Source of the DNA: Methanotrichaceae archaeon
GTDB lineage: Archaea; Halobacteriota; Methanosarcinia; Methanotrichales; Methanotrichaceae
Assembly: GCA_016927425.1 (NCBI GenBank)
Contig: JAFGMR010000073.1
Coordinates: 14,234-78,233 of the forward strand
Direction: 5' to 3'
Length of the DNA stretch: 64,000 nt
Shown here one piece after another: positions 36,379 to 45,524 of the stretch. The position numbers and the translations under genes are program-made. Numbering within the stretch: the first letter of the stretch is position 1; the number at the start of each line of letters is the position of its first letter. The notes beneath the pieces are model-generated. The model searched no databases. It saw nothing but the letters and a program-made list of their open reading frames with translations, and had not been told where the DNA came from.

Positions 36379-37653
36379 ATGACAGATAGTGAAAGCATAT
36401 TAGGTATGGAAGCTGAAAAGGGACGGTGGGCGCTGGTCTTTATAGGTATGGTAATCAACCTCTGTCTCGGAAGCATCTATTCGTGGAGCATCTTCGTCGG
36501 TCCACTTCTGGACCTGTTCAACGATCCGGCAGGACTTAACCTAGGAGTCGGCCGCACAGAAGTACTCATGCCCTTCACAGTATTCCTGGCAGTCTTCGCG
36601 CTCGCCATGCCCTTGACGGGCCCATACATAGAGAAGTTCGGGCCGAAGAAGGTAACCCTCGTTGGCGGCGTGCTGACCGCCCTGGGCTGGTTCCTGGCCT
36701 CCACAGTCACCCAATTCTCGAACCCGGTGTCCATGCTATACGTCATGTACAGCGTGATCGCTGGCCTGGGAGTTGGAATTGCCTACGGATGTCCTGTGGC
36801 CGTCGCTGCTAGGTGGTTCCCGGATAAGAGGGGGACAGCTGTTGGATTTACCGTTCTGGGCTTTGGATTCTCCGCCGTTTTCACCGCAGCCCTGGCCAAC
36901 TACTTCATCGCCAGCACCGGTGTCTTGAACACCTTCCGGCTCTTCGGCATCGCCTTCCTGATCATCATAGTAGTGCTATCAATGCCCCTGACATTCCCCC
37001 CGGCAGGATGGAAGCCCAGGGGATGGACGCCCCCGGCAGCCAAGCCAGGTGCCCATGTGACCGTGGAGTTCAAGCGCGATCAGATGGTCAAGTCGCCCCA
37101 GTTCATCGGCCTATGGCTCTGCTACACCATCGGATGTATGGCCGGCCTCATGGCCATCTCAGTCTCCAAGCCTGTGGGCACGGAAGTGGTAATGGTTGAG
37201 GCAGGTCTGGCCACGGGTCTGGTATCGTTCTTTGCCATATTCAACGGCTTTGGAAGGCCAATATTTGGCACTTTGACGGACAAGATCAATCCCAGGAACA
37301 CGGCCATGGTCTCCTTCGTTCTGATCGCCCTGGCCTCAGTCATGATGTACATGGCCCCCTCGGTGCCCGTCTATATCATCGCCTTCGCCATCCTCTGGGG
37401 ATGTCTGGGCGGCTGGCTTGCCATTGGGCCTACGTCCACAGCGACCTTCTTCGGCACTACGGACTACGCCCGCAACTACGGATTGGTCTTCACCGCCTAT
37501 GGCGCCGGTGCGATCCTTGGGCCGATGCTCGCGGGCTATATTAGGGACGCCACAGGAAGCTATATGGGAGTCTTCCCGTACATCATAGGTGTGGCGGTAA
37601 TCGGCTTCGCAATCGCATTCGTGCTGATGAGGCCCCCCAAACCCCCGGCATGA
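36379..37653 (+). CDS. MFS transporter, oxalate/formate antiporter (OFA)-like
   Basis: ATG 36379 after AAAGGAG. RWALVFIGMVINLCLGSIYSWSIF is the typical OFA-family first helix. 12 TM-like segments. Confidence 0.8.
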   Translation: MTDSESILGMEAEKGRWALVFIGMVINLCLGSIYSWSIFVGPLLDLFNDPAGLNLGVGRTEVLMPFTVFLAVFALAMPLTGPYIEKFGPKKVTLVGGVLTALGWFLASTVTQFSNPVSMLYVMYSVIAGLGVGIAYGCPVAVAARWFPDKRGTAVGFTVLGFGFSAVFTAALANYFIASTGVLNTFRLFGIAFLIIIVVLSMPLTFPPAGWKPRGWTPPAAKPGAHVTVEFKRDQMVKSPQFIGLWLCYTIGCMAGLMAISVSKPVGTEVVMVEAGLATGLVSFFAIFNGFGRPIFGTLTDKINPRNTAMVSFVLIALASVMMYMAPSVPVYIIAFAILWGCLGGWLAIGPTSTATFFGTTDYARNYGLVFTAYGAGAILGPMLAGYIRDATGSYMGVFPYIIGVAVIGFAIAFVLMRPPKPPA

Positions 37654-37671
37654 TGAGGGCGGCCGCAACTC

Positions 37672-37691
37672 TTTTTTTAAAAAAATTTTTT
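37672..37691. terminator. bidirectional oligo-T terminator candidate (T7-A7-T6)
   Basis: CTTTTTTTAAAAAAATTTTTTG lies 19 nt after the MFS stop and between convergent genes. It presents oligo-T tracts on both strands, the usual archaeal termination signal. Confidence 0.55.
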
Positions 37692-37766
37692 GCGACAGAA
37701 GCAGGCCTCGAAGCAGGGCAAGGCCTTCTCCCCATTTTTAGCTCGGCTGCATGACCCCCCAGTCAG

Positions 37767-37874
37767 TTAGGCACATAGAACCGGAGCATAGCGATCTGTT
37801 GTGTCTAAGTATGCACATTGGTTAGTAGTGATAACCAGTATCAATCGCCTCATTTGTCCCCCACATGTGCCTAA
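37767..37874. repeat. 10-bp perfect inverted repeat pair (TTAGGCACAT / ATGTGCCTAA) enclosing an 88-nt lower-GC spacer
   Basis: Read directly at 37767-37776 and 37865-37874, inside a 374-nt ORF-free gap. Confidence 0.5.
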
Positions 37875-38027
37875 TCAATTGGGAACTCAGGCGACTGAGA
37901 TCGCAGATAGTGTGCGTGGGCAATTGAACGAAATTGGAATCGATAGCTAGCTGTCAATATCGCGAATAACCTTGCGAAGTTTAACGCAAGCGATTTTCAG
38001 CAACTTTCACACACGACCAGATCGCCA

Positions 38028-39443
38028 TCATTCGATGTACTCGGTGATCTTGGTCTGGGCCACCTGACACTTCTCACCCGGAATCTCCAGGGGGTAGATC
38101 CCGGTCAAGCATCCCATGCAGAGATGCTCCCTCGGTATGCCTATCGCCTTTACGAGCCCGTCGTGGCTCACGTATCCGAGCGAGTCGGCGTTTATCACGG
38201 CCTCCACACCCGGGACCGTTTTGTAGGCGGCGATCAACTCCTCGCGGCTCGCCATATCGATCCCCAGGTAACATGGGGCGACGATTGGGGGGCTGCCGAT
38301 CCTTACGTGCACCTTCTTTGCGCCTGCGTTTCGCACCATATCCACGATGCGCCTGCTCGTCGTTCCCCGGACGATGCTATCGTCCACGAGGACCAGCTCA
38401 TGCCCCTCGATGTTCGGGCGAATGGTGTTCATCTTCAGCCGGACTGCGGCCTCCCTCATCGACTGGTCCGGCATGATGAACGTGCGGCCGATGTACCGGT
38501 TCTTCATCAGGCATTCCTTGTACCTGATTCCCGAGCGCTGATGATAGCCTACGGCAAGCGTGATGCCGGAATCTGGGATTGGAGTTACGGTATCGGCATC
38601 GGCGGGATGCTCCTCTGCGAGCATGCCGCCGATGTTCACCCGCACATCGTAGATCAGCCGGCCGTCCATTATGCTATCCGGCCTTGCGAAGTAGATGTAC
38701 TCGAAAACGCAATAATTGGGGCCTTGACAGCGGGCGAGCTGATAGCTGGTCATCTCGCCTCCTCGGATGACAACCATCTCCCCGGGCCTGACGTCTCTTA
38801 TGAGCCGCCCATTCAAGGTATCCATGGCAATGCTCTCCGAGGCAACCATGTAGCCCGATTCCACCTGGCCTATGCATAGAGGCTTGATCCCCAATGGATC
38901 CCTGATGCCGAGGACCATATCCCCAAGCAGCATGACAAGGGAGTACGAGCCGCGGATCGCCCGCATCATCCCCCTCACGGCCTCCACCAGGTCGTGCCTC
39001 ATGAGCTCTTTGACGAAGATGTGAGCCATCACCTCCGTATCGGAGGTTGAGTAAAAGATATCGCCAGCCGCCTGAAGCTCTTCGCGCAGCTCTCTGGAGT
39101 TGATGAGATTGCCGTTATGAGCAACAGCTACGGCCCCGTCCTTGTACTTGGCCATGAGCGGCTGGCTGTTCTCGATACACGACGCGCCTGTCGTGGCATA
39201 ACGCACATGGCCTATGCCCACATTTCCACGTAGCAGGCCGAGCTGTGCCTCGTCGAACACCTCGGAGACGAGGCCCATGCCCCGATGGGTCCGAATTACC
39301 TTCCCATCGTGTACTGCGATCCCCGCCGACTCCTGCCCCCTATGCTGGAGGGCATAGAGGGCATAATAGATCTGCTTGGAGACGTTAGCGGTTGTATCGG
39401 ATAAGGAGATGCCTACAACGCCGCAAGCATCGTGCATAGCCAC
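38028..39443 (-). CDS. purF: amidophosphoribosyltransferase
   Basis: N-terminal ...DACGVVGI (Ntn Cys) and PRPP motif LVLVDDSIVRGTT. 471 aa. Confidence 0.9.
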   Translation of the reverse strand: MAMHDACGVVGISLSDTTANVSKQIYYALYALQHRGQESAGIAVHDGKVIRTHRGMGLVSEVFDEAQLGLLRGNVGIGHVRYATTGASCIENSQPLMAKYKDGAVAVAHNGNLINSRELREELQAAGDIFYSTSDTEVMAHIFVKELMRHDLVEAVRGMMRAIRGSYSLVMLLGDMVLGIRDPLGIKPLCIGQVESGYMVASESIAMDTLNGRLIRDVRPGEMVVIRGGEMTSYQLARCQGPNYCVFEYIYFARPDSIMDGRLIYDVRVNIGGMLAEEHPADADTVTPIPDSGITLAVGYHQRSGIRYKECLMKNRYIGRTFIMPDQSMREAAVRLKMNTIRPNIEGHELVLVDDSIVRGTTSRRIVDMVRNAGAKKVHVRIGSPPIVAPCYLGIDMASREELIAAYKTVPGVEAVINADSLGYVSHDGLVKAIGIPREHLCMGCLTGIYPLEIPGEKCQVAQTKITEYIE

Positions 39444-39446
39444 AAC

Positions 39447-39617
39447 CTAATAGCCGGACTTCCTCATCCACTTATAACTTCTCATCTTCTTGGTCTTGCC
39501 AAATCCGCAAGCTACGCAGACCTTTCTGCGATAGTTGAAGGATATGCTGCCGCAGCGACGGCAACGAACGTGCACCTTCTTTTGTCGCTTGCCCATGGAA
39601 GGAGTGCCTTTGGTCAT
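39447..39617 (-). CDS. rpl37e: 50S ribosomal protein L37e
   Basis: Hand translation; 56 aa, below the track cutoff. [56 protein letters not shown] has a C4 zinc ribbon and the classic L37e start. Confidence 0.85.
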   Translation of the reverse strand: MTKGTPSMGKRQKKVHVRCRRCGSISFNYRRKVCVACGFGKTKKMRSYKWMRKSGY

Positions 39618-39627
39618 CTATTGCACC

Positions 39628-39846
39628 TCATGGAGATATATAAACTACGTTGTCCCCTCGCACTATTACTGTGCCGATATTGCGAGCCATAGCCCCGTCG
39701 GCTATCTCCTCGGTGCTATCAAGCACCAAGTTCATGTGAATATCGTAACCCTGAAGCTCTCCCCGGAAAGCCCTTCCGTCCTTGAGCTTGACAATTACCG
39801 GCCCGTTGAGCGATTCATTCAAAATATCAAGCGGTCTCTGAGCCAT
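39628..39846 (-). CDS. archaeal Sm protein (SmAP1/LSm)
   Basis: [43 protein letters not shown]...[12 protein letters not shown], with Sm1 and Sm2 motifs. Sits in the usual pairing with rpl37e. Confidence 0.9.
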   Translation of the reverse strand: MAQRPLDILNESLNGPVIVKLKDGRAFRGELQGYDIHMNLVLDSTEEIADGAMARNIGTVIVRGDNVVYISP

Positions 39847-39932
39847 TGCCCTCTCTCCAGCCTAATAAACAAAAGGCATCACGGGCACAGGTTGCACGTT
39901 GCCTATTTAAACCTGTCGGAAAATGCACCCTC

Positions 39933-40412
39933 ATGAAGATCAAATCCAGGCACCACCTCAAGGCGAGCGAGGCCAAGAGGGTTATCGGCCTGATAGAGCC
40001 CCTCCTCGCGGAGCCCTCATCCCTGCAGAGGGCCTCACTGGAGCTAGCGGAGACCGATGGGGATATCGACCTGGTCTTCGTCGACGGCAAGCCGAATCTA
40101 ATGATGATCGAGGACATGCCATTCTTCACCGTGCTCGGGGCAATAGAGCTTCGCCCAGTGAAGAGGGTCGTCATTGTGGACTCGGGCGCAGTTCGCTTCA
40201 TCACCAACGGGGCGGATGTGATGTGTCCAGGAATCGTGAAGGCCGATCCGGAGATACAGGAAGGAGACCTGGTCGTCGTGGCGGAGGAGCGGTACGGAAA
40301 GCCGCTTGCCGTAGGCAGAGCCCTTGTCCCCGGTCCGGAGATGCATGGCGAGGGAAAGGCGGTTAGATCGCTCCACCACGTGGGAGACCAGATCTGGAAG
40401 GGCCTGGCCTAA
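39933..40412 (+). CDS. PUA-domain RNA-binding protein (MCT-1/Tma20-like)
   Basis: MKIKSRHHLKASEAK... N-domain, then VIVDSGAVRFITNGADVMCPGIV...GDLVVV...KPLAVGRAL (PUA). Confidence 0.75.
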   Translation: MKIKSRHHLKASEAKRVIGLIEPLLAEPSSLQRASLELAETDGDIDLVFVDGKPNLMMIEDMPFFTVLGAIELRPVKRVVIVDSGAVRFITNGADVMCPGIVKADPEIQEGDLVVVAEERYGKPLAVGRALVPGPEMHGEGKAVRSLHHVGDQIWKGLA

Positions 40413-40421
40413 GGTGACGGA

Positions 40422-41315
40422 ATGTACGAGAACCTGAGCACGTTAATACAAAGGGGATTTGGAACCTGGAGGAATAACCTATTCCTTGCGGTGCCATTCA
40501 TCCTCCAGGCAGGAATGATTGGAATCCTGGCAATGGCCCTGGTCGCCCTGCTTTTCGCCTCTCAACCCATCGAGGAGGCCGACATCTCCGATATCGCCGA
40601 GATACTGACATCAACTCCCAGCATCCTTGCGATCATCGCCACGCTTCTTGTAATCCTCGCAGCCACTGCCTTCTTCACCGCTGGGGCAATCGAGATGGCA
40701 CACCAAGGCACTCTCGAGGGGAAGTCCGGCCTCGGCATCATGTGGGCTGGTGGACGCAGGCACTTTGCCAGCATGTACCTGGCCAATCTGATGATTATGG
40801 CGATAATGATGGCAGGGGCCCTCGCAATCGCGCTTTTGACAGCAGGGCTCTTGGTGCAGCTCTCGGGACTCGAAGCCCTCCAGATGATAGCCGAGGGCGA
40901 CCTTGCGATGACGGACACATCGACGGCCCTTGCTCTTATGGTGGGATCTATGCTGATGCTCGCCTTCGCCCTGGCGGCATCCTTAGCGCTTGCCCTCGCG
41001 CCGTATGCCCTCGTCGTGGATGTGATGGGGCCAATTGAGGCCATCCGCCGAGGGATGCGCTTCTTCAGGGAGAATCCCTTCGACGTCTTCATGATCTGGA
41101 TCATCACACTTGCCATGTCGCTTGCCACCAGCCTTCCGGGACAGCTGCAGCCCGAAGCAGGGCTCGCCATCCTCTGGCCTCTGATCAACATGGTGCTGAG
41201 CCTTGCAGTGATCGCACCCCTCACGACCGTTTGGTGGACGAGGCTTTACCTCAGCAGGACGGGAAGGCTCGATAGAGATGGGATTGACCGACTGCAAGAG
41301 ACGGTCTACCTGTGA
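40422..41315 (+). CDS. polytopic membrane protein, unknown function
   Basis: About six hydrophobic segments, Ala/Leu/Met-rich. No motif recognised. Confidence 0.5.
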   Translation: MYENLSTLIQRGFGTWRNNLFLAVPFILQAGMIGILAMALVALLFASQPIEEADISDIAEILTSTPSILAIIATLLVILAATAFFTAGAIEMAHQGTLEGKSGLGIMWAGGRRHFASMYLANLMIMAIMMAGALAIALLTAGLLVQLSGLEALQMIAEGDLAMTDTSTALALMVGSMLMLAFALAASLALALAPYALVVDVMGPIEAIRRGMRFFRENPFDVFMIWIITLAMSLATSLPGQLQPEAGLAILWPLINMVLSLAVIAPLTTVWWTRLYLSRTGRLDRDGIDRLQETVYL

Positions 41316-41608
41316 GGAGAAGGCTCATTATCTCCCAGATGAACGGAGGGGGCATGAACCTGCAGTTCTATGTGGCCCGCTTGAAGGGACTCGACCCAAT
41401 GCGCCAGTCGTTGCTGATGGGGGCAGTCGTCTTCGTGATCTACGAGATATATCTATGGCTCGCCCGAGGGGTGGACCCGATGACTGCGACCCTCCAGTCA
41501 GTTATAGCGGCAGCGCTATTCTCCTCAGTCTATTACCTGACGACGGTCCTCCTTAACCCGAAGGGGAGGCCGACCGCTAAGAAGGGGAAGGGCAGAAGGA
41601 AGGCCTGA
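41312..41608 (+). CDS. small two-helix membrane protein with a basic tail
   Basis: GTGA overlap with the upstream stop, two hydrophobic helices, and a C-terminal KGRPTAKKGKGRRKA. The start is uncertain (internal ATGs at 41339/41354). Confidence 0.4.
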   Translation: MRRRLIISQMNGGGMNLQFYVARLKGLDPMRQSLLMGAVVFVIYEIYLWLARGVDPMTATLQSVIAAALFSSVYYLTTVLLNPKGRPTAKKGKGRRKA

Positions 41609-41620
41609 GAGGGCCTGCTA

Positions 41621-42808
41621 TCAGATCTTTGCGGAGGAGAGGGCGAGAAGCTCCTCTTCCCCGCTCCTCGTGCCCCGGGCGAAGATCTGGTCGCCAGCCT
41701 CGAGGACCGTCTTAGAGCGAGGATTGTAGGTCCATCGGGCCCCCCTCTTCAGCGCGAGGACATACATCCCGGTCTCCGTCTCCAGCTGCAGGTCCTTTAG
41801 GGACTTTCCGACCATCGGAGCCCCAGGCTGGATCTCCACGCGAGCGATGATCTCGTCCGACTCCCTGATCGCCATAGCGAGAATTGGGTGTGGCTCGACG
41901 TCCCTCAAAACGACGTCCGATATCTTGAGGGCGGCGTCGCTGATGATCTCGGTAGAGACCGATAGCTGGAGCAGGGCTCGCAGGCCCTCCACATCCTCAA
42001 CGTGCTTTGCTGCCTCGAGCACCCATAGCTGCAGCTCAGATCTCATGGCGTCCATCTGGCCCTCGATCTCAGCGACTGCATAGGCCACGTCCTCGTTCTC
42101 GAAGAGCACCGCCATGTAGGCGAGGCCGATCGCAAGCTCGGATCGGTTCTTCATCTCTACGATTATATCGACCGCTCTTGCGAGGTCTGCTTCAACGCCG
42201 CTTGGCTCCTGGACCTTGTGGTGGTAGACCTTGCCAGTCACCATCTCGAAGAGAAGGGGCAATCCCTCATCGTGGCCACGGGCAAAGAGGATATCGCCCT
42301 TGCGAAGGGCGGTCTCCGGATCGGGATCGTAGATCCAGCTATCCCCCCGGCGAATAGCGATCGCCCTCATCCCGGTCTCCGTCTCCAACCTGAGATCGCC
42401 TAGCGTGCGACCCAGCACCTTGGAGTCCGGATGGACCGCGACCCTCGTCAAGGTCTCCTCGGCCTGGCGCAGGTCCCTCTTCAGCTCGTAGGGGATGCCT
42501 GTAGTAAAGAGGACGATCTTTGCGATATCTCCAGCGGCGTTGGATATGATCTCAGCGGCGGCCGCGATCTGTAGGATGCCGGACAAGGCCTCTGCGTCAT
42601 CGACTGTGCGGGCGGAGAGCATGGCCGAGATCTGAGCGTGATAATCGTAGAGGTCCATCTTCTCCTCCAGGCGGAGCACCTCCATCGCCAGATCCTCATC
42701 GCCGTAGAGGACCGCGGAGTATCCAAGATCGACCATCAGCTCGCTCGTATCCTTCATCTTGACGAGCAGCTCTTTCATACTCAGGGGACAATACTCGATC
42801 TTCCTCAT
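41621..42808 (-). CDS. regulatory protein with a duplicated (PhoU-like helical + TrkA-C/RCK_C) module
   Basis: Two internally similar halves (..MKDTSELMVDLGYSAVLYGDEDLAMEV.. and ..MKNRSELAIGLAYMAVLFENEDVAYAV..). Each is followed by an RCK_C-like segment (LGDLRLETETGM..AIRRG; LKDLQLETETGM..ALKRG). Confidence 0.7.
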   Translation of the reverse strand: MRKIEYCPLSMKELLVKMKDTSELMVDLGYSAVLYGDEDLAMEVLRLEEKMDLYDYHAQISAMLSARTVDDAEALSGILQIAAAAEIISNAAGDIAKIVLFTTGIPYELKRDLRQAEETLTRVAVHPDSKVLGRTLGDLRLETETGMRAIAIRRGDSWIYDPDPETALRKGDILFARGHDEGLPLLFEMVTGKVYHHKVQEPSGVEADLARAVDIIVEMKNRSELAIGLAYMAVLFENEDVAYAVAEIEGQMDAMRSELQLWVLEAAKHVEDVEGLRALLQLSVSTEIISDAALKISDVVLRDVEPHPILAMAIRESDEIIARVEIQPGAPMVGKSLKDLQLETETGMYVLALKRGARWTYNPRSKTVLEAGDQIFARGTRSGEEELLALSSAKI

Positions 42809-42918
42809 GATACTGGATTATTAACTACCCAAGATCGTATAAACGTTGTCACTGACCAAAAGAAGGGCTTGCATAACTATAAGTCCCATCCGTCCCAAGA
42901 TCCCTTCGAGGAGATATC

Positions 42919-43401
42919 ATGGAGCTGCATACGGTTAGGATAGAGATCCCGGCGGACTCCAATCTGATCCTGGGACAGAGCCATTTCATAAAGACAGCTG
43001 AGGACCTCTACGAGGCAATAGCTGGAACTGCACCGAACGCCTTGTTCGGCCTGGCCTTCTCAGAGGCGAGCGGGCCATGCCTGGTACGGCTGGAGGGAAA
43101 CGATCCGCTGCTCATCGAGGCCGCCAAGGAGAACTCGCTTGCCCTGGGCTGCGGACATACATTCGTCATCCTCCTCAAAGAGGCGTTCCCGATCAACGTG
43201 CTTAACGCCATCAAGGCTGTGCAGGAGGTCTGTGGAATATTCTGCGCAACGGCAAACCCAGTCGAGGCAATCGTCGCCTCTACGAAGAGCGGACGCGGGA
43301 TACTGGGAGTGATCGACGGAAGCCCCCCCAAGGGAGCAGAGGAGGAGGAGGATCGCACCCAAAGGAGGGGCATGCTGAGGAGGTTCGGATATAAGCTCTG
43401 A
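42919..43401 (+). CDS. adenosine-specific kinase family protein (DUF355-type)
   Basis: [17 protein letters not shown]...[15 protein letters not shown]...[23 protein letters not shown]...[11 protein letters not shown]...RRFGYKL. The family name is from memory. Confidence 0.65.
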   Translation: MELHTVRIEIPADSNLILGQSHFIKTAEDLYEAIAGTAPNALFGLAFSEASGPCLVRLEGNDPLLIEAAKENSLALGCGHTFVILLKEAFPINVLNAIKAVQEVCGIFCATANPVEAIVASTKSGRGILGVIDGSPPKGAEEEEDRTQRRGMLRRFGYKL

Positions 43402-43405
43402 GAGG

Positions 43406-44683
43406 ATGGACCTGGCGATAAAAAACGGCAGGATCTACGCCTTGGATAAGATCCAGAACCTGGATATATTCGTTCGAAATGGCAGGATCGCCGCGCTCGG
43501 TGGGGACCATCGTGCAGATCAAGAGATAGATGCCAAGGGATTGCTGGTGCTACCGGGAGCGATCGACGCCCATGTGCACTTTCGAGACCCCGGCCAGACC
43601 CACAAGGAGGACTGGCTGAGCGGCTCAACCTCCGCAGTCGCAGGCGGTGTTACGACGGTCGTGGACCAGCCAAACACCATCCCGCCAACATGGACCGCTA
43701 GGGCCTTCAAGCTCAAGCTGGAGATCGCCCGAAGGGCCTCGGTCGTGGACTTCTGCCTGAACGGCGGGCCAGGGGAGATGGAGGAGCTGATAGCGCTAGG
43801 GGCAGCTGCGATCGGGGAGGTATTCACCTACCAGCACACAGGCGAGGAGCTGGGGTCATTCATCGCAAAGGCAGATAGGCTCGGCGCCCTCCTAACCACC
43901 CATGCAGAGGACGGAGCCTTGATAGAGCGCTCCACAGCGCCCCTCTTACACCTACAGGAGGCCGATTCCTACTCACGAGCCCGTCCGCCCGAGGCCGAGA
44001 CGAAAGCGATCGGAGAGATACTCGCCTTATCCAGAAGGGCACACATCTGCCACATCTCCACGGGAGAGGGCCTTGCGCTCCTGCGATCAACTGGGCCTCG
44101 TATCACCTGTGAGGTAACACCCCATCACCTGATATTCAGCCGCCGGGACTATCGCTCTCTAGGCACCTTCCTGAAGACCAACCCCCCCATGAGGGAGGCT
44201 GCGGACAACGAGGCCCTCTGGGATGGCCTCCGGCGCGGCGCAATCGATATCGTGGCCTCGGATCATGCGCCCCACCTGCCCGAGGAGAAGGGGGACGACC
44301 TGTGGGAGGCCCCGCCCGGCGTTCCAGGTGTGGAGACGATGCTCCCGCTCATGCTGATGGCGGTTCGCCGAAACCTTCTTGGGCTGGACCGGATGGTCGA
44401 TTGCCTATCCAGGAGGCCGGCGGAGATCCTCGGCCTCAAGGCCAAGGGGGAGATAATGGTTGGAAAGGACGCCGACCTGGTCTTGGTCAATACCAGAGAG
44501 CCCCGCGAGATCAGGGCGGACAGGCTTCACAGCAAGGCAGACTGGACGCCATACGAGGGAAAGCGAGGCATCTTCCCTGCGATGACGCTTATCAGGGGCG
44601 TCGTTGTATGGGACGGCGATCTCTGCGTGCGACCGGGGTATGGGCGGTTCTTGCCCGGAACTCCAAGGCCACCGAACATATGA
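43406..44683 (+). CDS. pyrC: dihydroorotase
   Basis: LPGAIDAHVHFRDPG metal-binding motif, ...VASDHAPH... 425 aa. Cyclic amidohydrolase fold; the PyrC assignment is the most likely one. Confidence 0.8.
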   Translation: MDLAIKNGRIYALDKIQNLDIFVRNGRIAALGGDHRADQEIDAKGLLVLPGAIDAHVHFRDPGQTHKEDWLSGSTSAVAGGVTTVVDQPNTIPPTWTARAFKLKLEIARRASVVDFCLNGGPGEMEELIALGAAAIGEVFTYQHTGEELGSFIAKADRLGALLTTHAEDGALIERSTAPLLHLQEADSYSRARPPEAETKAIGEILALSRRAHICHISTGEGLALLRSTGPRITCEVTPHHLIFSRRDYRSLGTFLKTNPPMREAADNEALWDGLRRGAIDIVASDHAPHLPEEKGDDLWEAPPGVPGVETMLPLMLMAVRRNLLGLDRMVDCLSRRPAEILGLKAKGEIMVGKDADLVLVNTREPREIRADRLHSKADWTPYEGKRGIFPAMTLIRGVVVWDGDLCVRPGYGRFLPGTPRPPNI

Positions 44684-44768
44684 CGCTTGCCGAGAATCGC
44701 TGGGGGGACGATAAGGGCGATCCCGCAGTCCTCGAATGGGAGGCCTCATACATCAACCGCATCCTTTC

Positions 44769-45488
44769 TCACCTCTTCATCGCCTCTCCCCTCATCTCCT
44801 CGGGCATCTTCTCTATGGCATACCTAAGCGCAGTCCTGGGCATCATCGCCTTATTCCGCATCACGTACTCGAATACCGCATCTCGATCGGCCTTGCTCGA
44901 TTCCTTCAGCAGCCATCCATAGCCCTTCTGGACCATGTCGTCTTTATCCATCAGGAGGATGTCTGAGATCTCGAGCGCATCATCTAGGAAGATTCCCTTT
45001 CTCGCGGGGAGGACGAGGGAGACTGCCGAGGCCCTCTTGAGCCATCTGTTCTCCGATCTGGCCCAGCCTTTGAGCTCCTCTATGTAGGCAGGGTACATCT
45101 CGATGAAGGCTCCGACTGAATGATTACAGAATGTATCACACTTAGCCCAATTATTCACATAATCTCGGATCCATCTCTCGAACATGGGAAAGTCGCCGGG
45201 CTCGAAGTCCTTCCTGAGGTTGTAGGTCCACTCGAATGCTATGAAGGCCTCCTCGCCGAAGTCCGACTTCAGAAGATCCTCGCATAGTGCGAAGATCTCC
45301 TCTTTGTTCTTATCGGAGATACGTTTAAAATATTTTTTGGCGATCCTCCTTACGGTCGCGGCCTTCACCCCGTAGAGCCTTACCTCCCCCTTGAAGAAGC
45401 GTTTGGAGCTCTCTAATACGCCCTCGTCGGCGCTCGCCTCAAGCTCGTGCCTTACGGCTGAGATGATATCGGATTCTATTTCAGACAT
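44769..45488 (-). CDS. DNA alkylation repair protein (AlkD-like HEAT repeats)
   Basis: SSKRFFKGEVRLYGVKAATVRRIAKKYF...W...NWAKCDTFC...WLKRASAVSLV pattern. Confidence 0.7.
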   Translation of the reverse strand: MSEIESDIISAVRHELEASADEGVLESSKRFFKGEVRLYGVKAATVRRIAKKYFKRISDKNKEEIFALCEDLLKSDFGEEAFIAFEWTYNLRKDFEPGDFPMFERWIRDYVNNWAKCDTFCNHSVGAFIEMYPAYIEELKGWARSENRWLKRASAVSLVLPARKGIFLDDALEISDILLMDKDDMVQKGYGWLLKESSKADRDAVFEYVMRNKAMMPRTALRYAIEKMPEEMRGEAMKR

Positions 45489-45524
45489 GATCTAAAAAGG
45501 TGATGATGCAGTCTCATTTCATCT

